A DNA stretch of 64,000 nt from Shigella phage vB_SsoM_113, in the sequence record LR746311, one strand, 5' to 3'. This document shows, in pieces, positions 1-7,929 of this stretch. Position 1 is the first letter of the stretch; each line of letters opens with the position of its first letter. The notes below the pieces were generated by a model. It was not told the origin of the DNA. It saw only the letters and a list, made by a program, of their open reading frames with translations, and made no database searches. A program made the position numbers and the translations under genes.

Positions 1-581
1 ATAAAATTAATAATAAAATTTATATTGGTGTGCATTCTACCGAAAATTTAGATGATGGATATATGGGTTCTGGTAAATTATTAAAACGAGCCCAAGATAA
101 GTATGGTATAGAAAATTTCTCTAAAGAAATATTAGAGTATTTTGATGATAAAGAATCTATGCTTGAAGCCGAGAAAAATATTGTTACAGAAGAGTTTTTA
201 AATAGACCAGATGTGTATAATTTAAAACTTGGCGGTGAAGGTGGATGGGACCATATAAATAATTATCCTATGACAGATCAGCAACGCGAATTAATTTCAT
301 TGGGTGTTAAAAAGGCACATTCTAATGGAAAATTAAAAGGATGGTCTTCAAATGGATTAATGAAGAATGGCTTTGCTGGTAAAACTCATTCTCAAGAAGC
401 TAAACGTAAAATAGCAAAAGCGAACGAAGCAAAAGTTTCTGCAGATGAAAGAAAAAGAAGAATAGAAATTTCTAAATTATATGATTTTTCTAAGCGCGGT
501 GAATTATCTAAATATGCTAAGCATATTGTCGTAAGTCATACTCAAGCAAAAAGAATTCTAAATCAAATTAACAATATATAA
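1..581 (+). CDS. segB: GIY-YIG homing endonuclease (SegB-like), 5' end outside window
   Basis: Open in frame from window edge to stop at 579-581; N-terminus KIYIGVHST...YMGSGKLL fits the YIG half of GIY-YIG; sits directly upstream of the tRNA cluster as recalled for T4 segB. Confidence 0.6.
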   Translation, partial: KINNKIYIGVHSTENLDDGYMGSGKLLKRAQDKYGIENFSKEILEYFDDKESMLEAEKNIVTEEFLNRPDVYNLKLGGEGGWDHINNYPMTDQQRELISLGVKKAHSNGKLKGWSSNGLMKNGFAGKTHSQEAKRKIAKANEAKVSADERKRRIEISKLYDFSKRGELSKYAKHIVVSHTQAKRILNQINNI

Positions 582-587
582 ATATTT

Positions 588-677
588 GGAGGCGTGGCAG
601 AGTGGTTTAATGCACCGGTCTTGAAAACCGGCAGTCGCTCCGGCGACTCATAGGTTCAAATCCTATCGCCTCCGCCA
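588..677 (+). tRNA. tRNA-Ser (anticodon UGA), class II, encoded CCA
   Basis: Acceptor GGAGGCG/CGCCTCC; anticodon stem CCGGT/ACCGG with loop CTTGAAA; long variable arm; T-arm TAGG-TTCAAAT-CCTA; 3' GCCA. Confidence 0.85.
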
Positions 678-682
678 GTTTT

Positions 683-758
683 GCTGATTTAGCTCAGTAG
701 GTAGAGCAACTCACTTGTAATGAGAAGGTCGGCGGTTCGATTCCGTCAATCAGCACCA
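683..758 (+). tRNA. tRNA-Thr (anticodon UGU), encoded CCA
   Basis: Acceptor GCTGATT/AATCAGC; D-arm GCTC-AGTAGGTA-GAGC; anticodon loop CTTGTAA; T-loop TTCGATT; 3' ACCA. Confidence 0.85.
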
Positions 759-759
759 A

Positions 760-834
760 GGCCCTGTAGCTGGAAGGTTCAAGCAAGCGACTCATAATCG
801 CCAGATGGTGGTTCAATTCCACCCAGGGCCACCA
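760..834 (+). tRNA. tRNA with CAU anticodon (Ile2-type if lysidine-modified, otherwise Met), encoded CCA
   Basis: Acceptor GGCCCTG/CAGGGCC; anticodon loop CTCATAA; T-arm GGTGG-TTCAATT-CCACC; T4 carries a CAU-type tRNA-Ile at the equivalent position (recalled). Confidence 0.75.
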
Positions 835-843
835 AATTAATTT

Positions 844-930
844 GGGGAGTTATCCCGTAGAGGTAGCGGTGTGGACTGTAAATCCATTGTCATTGCGACT
901 CGGGTGGTTCGACTCCATCACTCCCCACCA
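844..930 (+). tRNA. tRNA-Tyr (anticodon GUA), class II, encoded CCA
   Basis: Acceptor GGGGAGT/ACTCCCC; anticodon stem TGGA/TCCA with loop CTGTAAA; long variable arm; T-loop TTCGACT. Confidence 0.75.
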
Positions 931-934
931 ATTT

Positions 935-1009
935 GGATGTGTAGCTCAATGGCAGAGCGATCGCCTGTTAAGCGATTGGTTATAGGTTCGAATCCTATCA
1001 CGTCCGCCA
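935..1009 (+). tRNA. tRNA-Asn (anticodon GUU), encoded CCA
   Basis: Acceptor GGATGTG/CACGTCC; anticodon stem ATCGC/GCGAT with loop CTGTTAA; T-arm TAGG-TTCGAAT-CCTA. Confidence 0.8.
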
Positions 1010-1013
1010 AATC

Positions 1014-1089
1014 CGAGGCATAGCTCAGAAGGAAGAGCAAGGACCTTCTAAGTCCTAGGTCGTAGGTTCGATCCCTACTGCCTCGACCA
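1014..1089 (+). tRNA. tRNA-Arg (anticodon UCU), encoded CCA
   Basis: Acceptor CGAGGCA/TGCCTCG; anticodon stem GGAC/GTCC with loop CTTCTAA; T-arm GTAGG-TTCGATC-CCTAC. Confidence 0.85.
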
Positions 1090-1105
1090 ATTAAGTGAGG
1101 AAAAT

Positions 1106-1456
1106 ATGAAAGGTAATGTTTATTTAGTAGTTCATGATTTAACATTCTATTTTAATCATAATGACACTGTTATTTCTGAACGTGTAATTAATTTGCTTTA
1201 TCAGCATGCAGATTATGTTTATGTCGAAAACGAATATGGTCATTGGCAATTTCTCAAAAATCGTTCATTTGGTTTAGATGGTTACGAATATTTTGAACGT
1301 AAAGACCTTTTAGATAAAATTCCGTTATCTACACAATATCAAAATCACAAGTCTTTATATAAATGCCGTCCAATTCGAAATGCTGAATCTGCGTATGAAG
1401 CAATTGATTTATGGCGTAAACGCCGTGAACAGATTGATGCTTTAAAAGAATATTAA
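1106..1456 (+). CDS. hypothetical protein (116 aa)
   Basis: ORF track; SD GAGG 7 nt upstream of ATG; immediately follows tRNA-Arg. Confidence 0.6.
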   Translation: MKGNVYLVVHDLTFYFNHNDTVISERVINLLYQHADYVYVENEYGHWQFLKNRSFGLDGYEYFERKDLLDKIPLSTQYQNHKSLYKCRPIRNAESAYEAIDLWRKRREQIDALKEY

Positions 1457-1767
1457 GAAACCGGGTCGCTACCGGTAAGTCGTCGGACTGATGTTCCCTG
1501 GGTAAGGACTGGCATTAACAAATCTTTATGATCTGTTAATGTCCCCTTACATCACAGCAGAAACGGCGCGCAGAATTATCGATTCGAGGAAATATTTTTG
1601 CCGTAAGCCGAGTAGCGTTTTTGACGGAACGTTCGGATATGGTCGAGATATGGCCTTTTAAAAATATTGAGTAGCGTCAACTGCTTAATAACCGGGTTCG
1701 AATCCCGGCGTTTCGTACAAACACTTGCCTTAGCAGGTGGAACCCCGACAAGGTTGCCGCAAGGCTT
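1457..1767 (+). ncRNA. candidate small stable RNA(s) downstream of tRNA cluster
   Basis: About 310 nt with no ORF, tRNA-like T-arm CCGGG-TTCGAAT-CCCGG near 1690-1707, ends at a strong terminator; T4 has two stable RNAs (rnaC, rnaD) beside its tRNAs (recalled). Confidence 0.3.
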
Positions 1768-1796
1768 AGCCCCGACCGAAAGGTTGGGGCTTTTTA
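1768..1796 (+). terminator. rho-independent terminator (10-bp stem, GAAA loop, T-run)
   Basis: AGCCCCGACC-GAAA-GGTTGGGGCT followed by TTTTT. Confidence 0.7.
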
Positions 1797-1797
1797 G

Positions 1798-1805
1798 TAT
1801 AAATA
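1798..1805 (+). promoter_or_regulatory. T4-type late promoter box TATAAATA
   Basis: Exact TATAAATA about 40 nt upstream of the first CTS-protein gene. Confidence 0.6.
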
Positions 1806-1845
1806 CAGTAGTATATTAAATCCACGAATTAAAACAGGAAATAAG

Positions 1846-2319
1846 ATGAAATCATATGCTCAATTTTTAAATGAAGCGGTGTTAAATGAAGCATCTAGCA
1901 CCGAAATTCAAGCTGTCGCAAAAGCAGCCATTGCAGCGGGTAAATATTCCTATAAAGATGCTTCTGACGAATCACGATTCCAGTTTGCTCGCGACATGAA
2001 AGCAGAAGGATTTACGGGAAATGCAGTTAGTATGGCCTGGAAAAGTTTAGTTGCTACTGGCGCTGCTTTTGCAAAGGCTTCGGGTAAACCTGCTCCTAAA
2101 GCAGATCCTAAAGCTACACAAGAAAAAAATATCGTTAAAGGAATTATCGCTAAATATGAAGCTATCCTTAAAGAGCTTTTAGTAATCAAAACCGAAGGCC
2201 AAAAGTTAGCCCGTGCTTATAGTTTCAAAGATAATCCGCATGTTCACTCTCTTGAGTATGTTGAAGACATCCAAAAAATTATTAAAGACCGCATTTGGTC
2301 TGCTAAACAAATCAAATAA
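1846..2319 (+). CDS. internal head protein-like (capsid targeting sequence at N-terminus)
   Basis: N-terminus MKSYAQFLNEA matches the T4 internal-protein targeting pattern MKTYQEFIAEA (recalled); late promoter upstream; terminator downstream. Confidence 0.7.
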   Translation: MKSYAQFLNEAVLNEASSTEIQAVAKAAIAAGKYSYKDASDESRFQFARDMKAEGFTGNAVSMAWKSLVATGAAFAKASGKPAPKADPKATQEKNIVKGIIAKYEAILKELLVIKTEGQKLARAYSFKDNPHVHSLEYVEDIQKIIKDRIWSAKQIK

Positions 2320-2327
2320 CATTCTTA

Positions 2328-2355
2328 ACCCCAGCCGAAAGGTTGGGGCTTTTTA
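2328..2355 (+). terminator. rho-independent terminator, near-duplicate of 1768-1796
   Basis: ACCCCAGCC-GAAA-GGTTGGGGCT plus TTTT; 3' half identical to the terminator at 1778-1798. Confidence 0.7.
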
Positions 2356-2444
2356 GTTTGAATCACTCGGATAACGCTGTTACGGATAATAACAAAGTAA
2401 TAAATAATTAATAACCAACCGATAGATTATTTCAAGGATTTTAA

Positions 2445-3008
2445 ATGAAAACCTATGCCGAATTTTTAACCGAAGCAGCAAAATTACCATCTGAAGCAGA
2501 TCTTACTAAAGTATTCTTCCACTTGGACCCAAAAGACCGCGGCGATTTTCTTAAGTGGAAAGCTAAAGCTATTGAAATGTACAACATCGATAATAGTTCT
2601 TTTACAATGAGTCAAGAAAATAAATTCAATAAAGCATTTTTCAAAATTTCTAAGAAATTGGCATCTGGCGCTCAGGTTCCTAAATCTGTATTAGCTACTC
2701 CTGAACGTGCACCTGTTAAAATTTCTAAGAATATGTTCGACACTAAAAAATACGTTAATGCTTTGAATAAAGCTCTTGATGCATTGGATGATGCAAAGAA
2801 GGCAGCCCGCGATCTTCAAGACGTGTACACCGATTTTGACCGCAAAACTAAAGGTTCTATTTCAAATAGCGAACGCAATAGTGTAAGTGTTTATTCTGAT
2901 AGCCTTGATGTTCTTGGCGATGCGTATACTGAAATTAAAAATCGTATTAACACTGCATCTAAGCTAAAAGCTGCTGCAGAAGCTATAATAACTAAACTAG
3001 GTAAATAA
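2445..3008 (+). CDS. internal head protein-like (capsid targeting sequence at N-terminus)
   Basis: N-terminus MKTYAEFLTEAAKLP; basic and Lys-rich; terminator hairpin follows. Confidence 0.7.
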   Translation: MKTYAEFLTEAAKLPSEADLTKVFFHLDPKDRGDFLKWKAKAIEMYNIDNSSFTMSQENKFNKAFFKISKKLASGAQVPKSVLATPERAPVKISKNMFDTKKYVNALNKALDALDDAKKAARDLQDVYTDFDRKTKGSISNSERNSVSVYSDSLDVLGDAYTEIKNRINTASKLKAAAEAIITKLGK

Positions 3009-3016
3009 TTTTAAAT

Positions 3017-3041
3017 CCCTATCTAAATGATAGGGCTTTTT
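3017..3041 (+). terminator. rho-independent terminator
   Basis: CCCTATC-TAAAT-GATAGGG followed by CTTTTT. Confidence 0.6.
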
Positions 3042-3164
3042 GGTATTTAGGCCTTTCTGGACCTCTCTAGGCATCATTTAGTTTATACCCTTTATAATAT
3101 ATTATCCTATCCTTTAATTGCCCATCCCTGCCCTAGAATTCCCTAAAAATTTTTTCACAAAACT

Positions 3165-3194
3165 GTTTACATCTCTGTTCTTCCATGGTACTAT
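3165..3194 (+). promoter_or_regulatory. T4-type early promoter (GTTTAC ... TGGTACTAT)
   Basis: A/T-rich upstream TTTTTCACAAAA, -35 GTTTAC, 18-bp spacer, extended -10 TGGTACTAT; part of a cassette repeated elsewhere. Confidence 0.7.
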
Positions 3195-3237
3195 ACAACT
3201 ATCAACTACTGATATAGAAAACAACTTGGAGAATGAA

Positions 3238-3501
3238 ATGGATAATTACGGCGAACTGTTCAACTTCTTTATGAAATGCGTTTCAGAAGATTTCGGTCGT
3301 ACAGTGAATGATATTAAAGTTATCGGTCCTGATCATCCGATGTTTGAAACTTACGCAGTAATGGGTAATGAAGACGGTCAGTGGTATACTGTAAAAGTTG
3401 TGATTAATATGTTCACAGCAGAAGGTTATGTTAAACTGTCTTCTAAAGTTTACCACGATAACGACGAAATCGCAGAAGAATATTTCAATAATATGAAATA
3501 A
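3238..3501 (+). CDS. hypothetical protein (87 aa)
   Basis: ATG at 3238 with GGAG 6 nt upstream; the track ORF from 3118 would run through its own promoter. Confidence 0.6.
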   Translation: MDNYGELFNFFMKCVSEDFGRTVNDIKVIGPDHPMFETYAVMGNEDGQWYTVKVVINMFTAEGYVKLSSKVYHDNDEIAEEYFNNMK

Positions 3502-3502
3502 G

Positions 3503-3531
3503 TTTACACAGGCTCATGATTGAGATATTAT
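3503..3531 (+). promoter_or_regulatory. T4-type early promoter with flanking 10-bp dyad
   Basis: GTTTAC at 3503-3508, -10 TATTAT; perfect inverted repeat ACAGGCTCAT / ATGAGCCTGT at 3508-3517 and 3530-3539. Confidence 0.6.
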
Positions 3532-3556
3532 GAGCCTGTAACTTGAGGAGAACATT

Positions 3557-3892
3557 ATGAAACGTAACTTTAGTAAAGCTTTTTGTAATCGAAATTATTA
3601 TCCCGAAGAGCTTTTTGAATCTAAGGAATTTAAAGAGTTTAACGAACGCTCTCAAAACATGCCTGTACAGTGGGTATTGGATTATGCTAACCGTATCTTT
3701 GAAGGTGTACGTTTCGTTGGCCCTGATGATGAAGCTCCTTATTTTAAAAAGGCTTGGGAACTTGCTAACCAAGCATATATCAATGCTTTAGAATCTTCTA
3801 AAGGCACTGACGATGATTTTACTTTATTGGCTATCAATGATGCCGTTATCGAGGCCATTGACGTCTTTATCGATGAGATAGACGAAGAATAA
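3557..3892 (+). CDS. hypothetical acidic protein (111 aa)
   Basis: ORF track; SD GAGGAG upstream; promoter upstream. Confidence 0.65.
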   Translation: MKRNFSKAFCNRNYYPEELFESKEFKEFNERSQNMPVQWVLDYANRIFEGVRFVGPDDEAPYFKKAWELANQAYINALESSKGTDDDFTLLAINDAVIEAIDVFIDEIDEE

Positions 3893-3922
3893 GTTTACAA
3901 TCTATTAAAAACGTGATATTAT
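3893..3922 (+). promoter_or_regulatory. T4-type early promoter
   Basis: GTTTAC at 3893-3898, about 18-bp spacer, -10 TATTAT. Confidence 0.55.
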
Positions 3923-3949
3923 CTAATTGTATCAACCTAAGGAAATACT

Positions 3950-4543
3950 ATGAACACACTGAAGAAAATTGTTGAGTTTATTCGCACTAAACTTGGTTCT
4001 GCTATGGCTAAAAATTTATCTGTTGAAGAACAGTATACTGCTGCGGCAGCAAAACTACTTGATAAAATTAAAGATCTAAAAACTGCTTCTGTTAAATCTA
4101 TTAATGAAGAAAAACGTATTCGTGAACTTATTGTCGAAAAGAATCGACAGGCTGAATCAAAAGAGCGTGAAATTCGTAAACTTCTTTCCGAAGGTCAAGA
4201 TGTAACAATGCATGCTAAACTTGGTTTACTATATCGTCGAACAGCTGAGCAGTTGACTACTAAGGCTGACGGTTATGCTGAAATGCGAATTGAAATCGCC
4301 AAGAAAGTAGTTGAGTTAGATGATGCTCGTCAAGAGCTTGCAGTTAAATTGGAATATATCCGTGAAACTCGTGCGGCAAATGCCCTTGGAATTAGTACTG
4401 CAGATGATGTAGTTGAAATTGCAGCACTGACTAAGGTTGATATTGAAGATACCCTTGCTCGAGTTGAAACCTTTAATGGTAATATTTCTGGGGTTGAAAC
4501 TACCTCTGCCGATGTTCAGGAATACATTAATTCTCTGAAATAA
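3950..4543 (+). CDS. coiled-coil protein, possibly PspA/IM30-like (197 aa)
   Basis: Long heptad-rich helical sequence with a layout resembling E. coli PspA (recalled); SD AAGGAA upstream; PspA assignment is tentative. Confidence 0.6.
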   Translation: MNTLKKIVEFIRTKLGSAMAKNLSVEEQYTAAAAKLLDKIKDLKTASVKSINEEKRIRELIVEKNRQAESKEREIRKLLSEGQDVTMHAKLGLLYRRTAEQLTTKADGYAEMRIEIAKKVVELDDARQELAVKLEYIRETRAANALGISTADDVVEIAALTKVDIEDTLARVETFNGNISGVETTSADVQEYINSLK

Positions 4544-4546
4544 TGA

Positions 4547-4566
4547 TAAGGGGCTTCGGCCCCTTA
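4547..4566 (+). terminator. terminator-like hairpin (weak U-tract)
   Basis: AAGGGGC-TTCG-GCCCCTT; trailing U-run is poor. Confidence 0.4.
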
Positions 4567-4584
4567 TACTTGGAGTAAATAGGA

Positions 4585-5559
4585 ATGAAAATGAAAATGC
4601 AAAGTGATTTCAATTCAATGTTTGAAGAGTTCCAAAGACAGGTTGATGTTCCAGACCAATTACTAAATGCTCTTAAACGCATGGCAGAAGGACGTAATTA
4701 CTATTGGGGGTCTTCATATGAAACCGATGAAAGCCTTTCCGGAAGATTTTCTAGAGGTAAAAAGTCTTTAATACGTCCTGGAATACTCATTAACAGTATT
4801 GAATCAATTCATTCATTGATGTGTGATTTTGATGTTGAATTTACTGATTTCATTTCTCCTGAATGGACGGTTTGTTATTTAAACGACGATTATGATTATC
4901 TTGGCGTTTATAGTTTAAGTGATGCATGGTTTAAACGTAATTTACAAAAATCAAATTTATTTTATATTGATACTACGGTAAAATTTCAGGGAAAGAAATA
5001 TTTCTTTACTCTTATAGTTGACTCTGAAACAAAATATGAAAATAAGCGTATTCTTAGTAAAAAGAATATCTTAACTATTGTTGATGATCTTTTTGATAAA
5101 TTCGTAGAAAATCCCAATTTTGAAAGCGATTTATTATTAGAAAATTTGTTAAGGAATGTAGAGAATATGTCAAAGCCATCACTATACCTTCCAAGTAAAC
5201 CTGTGAAGTATGAACCAAAGCGTCAGCTAATTTCTACTGATGTGTTAATAGGTCCTGTGGTAGCTGTATCATTTGTGATTTTGGTGATTGCTGGAATGGT
5301 TATAGACGTTATGACTGATATTGAATCTGGTGTAATATTTGGAGCAACACTAATTCTTCCATTGGTAGTTCCGCTTTTATTAGTACCTGTAAATTGGGTA
5401 GGATACTGGTATCAAGGAAGACATTATCGTAAACGTGTACGTGATTGGAAAGCTCAGTGTAAAAAGATTAAAAAGGAACACCAGCTTAAGCTAGATATGT
5501 ATGAATTTGATGAAATTATGAAATTTGTTAAGGAATCACGATGCAAAAGCCAAAACTAA
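4585..5559 (+). CDS. membrane-anchored protein (324 aa), C-terminal TM segments
   Basis: ORF track; hydrophobic stretches near residues 210-270; charged tail containing Cys. Confidence 0.65.
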   Translation: MKMKMQSDFNSMFEEFQRQVDVPDQLLNALKRMAEGRNYYWGSSYETDESLSGRFSRGKKSLIRPGILINSIESIHSLMCDFDVEFTDFISPEWTVCYLNDDYDYLGVYSLSDAWFKRNLQKSNLFYIDTTVKFQGKKYFFTLIVDSETKYENKRILSKKNILTIVDDLFDKFVENPNFESDLLLENLLRNVENMSKPSLYLPSKPVKYEPKRQLISTDVLIGPVVAVSFVILVIAGMVIDVMTDIESGVIFGATLILPLVVPLLLVPVNWVGYWYQGRHYRKRVRDWKAQCKKIKKEHQLKLDMYEFDEIMKFVKESRCKSQN

Positions 5560-5903
5560 ATAAAGTCAAATATTCGTTTCCTGAGGCACTATTAATTCTT
5601 GCTGTATCAGTATTTGCAGCTCTTGCGGGTAGTCTTATTGGATTGTTAATTGACTGTTTTATTTTAAACATCGATAGTTCAGCAATTATAACAGATGTTT
5701 GGAGTGAACTTCGTTTTACTATAGCGATTTCATTATTTTCATTCTTTGGTACCATGTTATATTTTCATTATGATAATTTTAAAATAAATTGGCAAAGAAA
5801 AAAGGATTACAAAATACAATTAAAGGAATATAATAGCTATATGTCTTATATTGAAAAAGAATCAATGGAAGAGTTTGTGAGTGATTGTAGGAAAATTAAA
5901 TGA
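5541..5903 (+). CDS. small membrane protein (120 aa)
   Basis: ORF track; two hydrophobic helices; tail ...CRKIK resembles neighbours. Confidence 0.6.
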   Translation: MQKPKLNKVKYSFPEALLILAVSVFAALAGSLIGLLIDCFILNIDSSAIITDVWSELRFTIAISLFSFFGTMLYFHYDNFKINWQRKKDYKIQLKEYNSYMSYIEKESMEEFVSDCRKIK

Positions 5904-6388
5904 TTTTAAAAACTCGCTGGTATGATTTAGATGATGGGGACGATGGCATTTCAGTTGATAGAGTTGACTGGAGCGGCTGTTCTGAAGATACAAAGAAACG
6001 ATTAATTAGGGAGTTTAGAATGGGATATCAAGCAGTTAAGCCATCTACTGTAACAGATGATAAATTCGTGTGTATTCATAATGGTCGTGCTAAGTTAACG
6101 AATGCTGAATGGTTCACAGATAAGATTATGATTCTGTGGTATATCATTAGTCTTCCTGTGTCATCATTCGTATTTTACTTTTTTATAAAAAATCCAATGG
6201 ACAGAATAGGAGATTGGATTCTTTTAACCATACTTGTTAATATTTTTACAGCATCAATATTATCAGGAATATGGTACATGTTCATTGAAATGCCATGGCG
6301 GATGCGCAGACAACAAAAGATTTTTGATGAAAAGAAATATGCTCAAAATTTAAATAATTTTATCACTGAATGCAGGAAATTAAAATGA
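5900..6388 (+). CDS. membrane protein (162 aa)
   Basis: ORF track; two hydrophobic helices; tail ...ECRKLK. Confidence 0.6.
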   Translation: MILKTRWYDLDDGDDGISVDRVDWSGCSEDTKKRLIREFRMGYQAVKPSTVTDDKFVCIHNGRAKLTNAEWFTDKIMILWYIISLPVSSFVFYFFIKNPMDRIGDWILLTILVNIFTASILSGIWYMFIEMPWRMRRQQKIFDEKKYAQNLNNFITECRKLK

Positions 6389-6825
6389 AAACATTATCAG
6401 CTGGTATTATCTTTATGACAGAAGATAAAGATTTATTTATGGGACGAGTTACCGGTTCTCGTAAACCTGGAATGATGGCACATCGCTGGGATATTCCAAA
6501 GGGGCGTGTAGAAAGTTCTGATTTGAATGCACTGGAAGCTGCAAAAAGAGAATGCTCAGAAGAGACTGGTTTTATCGATTATAATCCAGACCTTCTAGAA
6601 GACTTAGGTGTATTTAAATATTCTAGTAATAAAGACTTACAGTTATTTTATTATACGATTCCAGTAGAGCATGAGATGTTTAGAAATTGCCATTGCGAGT
6701 CTTATTTTGAAAATAAAGATGGCGTTATGATTCCAGAGATGGATGCTTTTGCTCTTATTCCTCGTACTCAGTGGCAATATGTGATGGGTCCTTCACTTTA
6801 CCGAATAATGAACAACCTCTTTTAA
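6385..6825 (+). CDS. nudE: Nudix hydrolase
   Basis: Nudix box GRVESSDLNALEAAKRECSEETGF; immediately upstream of e, as T4 nudE (e.1). Confidence 0.75.
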   Translation: MKTLSAGIIFMTEDKDLFMGRVTGSRKPGMMAHRWDIPKGRVESSDLNALEAAKRECSEETGFIDYNPDLLEDLGVFKYSSNKDLQLFYYTIPVEHEMFRNCHCESYFENKDGVMIPEMDAFALIPRTQWQYVMGPSLYRIMNNLF

Positions 6826-7356
<531 letters not shown>

Positions 7357-7363
7357 AGCTATT

Positions 7364-7392
7364 TACTTTCTCCTAGAATTGTGATAGTATAT
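7364..7392 (+). promoter_or_regulatory. early promoter-like element upstream of denV
   Basis: -35-like ATTTAC, 17-bp spacer, TGTGATAGTAT extended -10. Confidence 0.5.
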
Positions 7393-7415
7393 TCACAGTT
7401 ACTTGGAGGGATAAA

Positions 7416-7832
7416 ATGACTCGTATTAATTTGACTTTAGTATCTGAACTTGCTGATCAACATTTAATCGCAGAATACCGTGAATTGCCGCGTGTTTTTG
7501 GTATAGTTCGTAAGCATGTGGCAAACGGTAAGCGCGTTAAAGATTTTAAAATATCTTCTAAATTTATTTTAGGTTCTGGTCATGTTACTTTCTTTTACGA
7601 TAAGTTAGAATTTTTGCGAAAGCGTCAATCGGACATTATAACGGAATGCTTAAAACGCGGGTTCAGTATAAAAGATACTGAAGTTCCTGACATCAGCGAT
7701 ATTCCAGTAGAATGGAAAAATGATTATAATCCATGCAAATCAGCTATTAAGTTGAGTCAACAACGACTCGATGAAAAAATTTTAATGAAGCCACACTGGT
7801 ATAAGTATTACGGCAAAAATATTTACATTTAA
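7416..7832 (+). CDS. denV: endonuclease V (pyrimidine dimer DNA glycosylase)
   Basis: 138 aa; N-terminus [17 protein letters not shown]...[10 protein letters not shown] matches recalled T4 endoV. Confidence 0.95.
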   Translation: MTRINLTLVSELADQHLIAEYRELPRVFGIVRKHVANGKRVKDFKISSKFILGSGHVTFFYDKLEFLRKRQSDIITECLKRGFSIKDTEVPDISDIPVEWKNDYNPCKSAIKLSQQRLDEKILMKPHWYKYYGKNIYI

Positions 7833-7929
7833 ATAACATGGGAATAACCTGGACCTCATGATTCTGTGAGGGATTCCCACCAACCTGTAATAAGGTCGAG
7901 CCCAAGTGCGGTAATGGGTAAATACAGAA

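Noticed and set aside
918-1145. Minus-strand 75-aa ORF spanning the tRNA cluster
   Set aside because: Lies antisense across tRNA-Tyr/Asn/Arg; its amino-acid sequence is dictated by tRNA structure and there is no SD or promoter.
3118-3237. N-terminal extension of ORF 3118-3501
   Set aside because: The extension covers the early promoter and its leader; ATG 3238 with GGAG upstream is the sensible start. The same applies to other track ORFs trimmed to internal ATGs.
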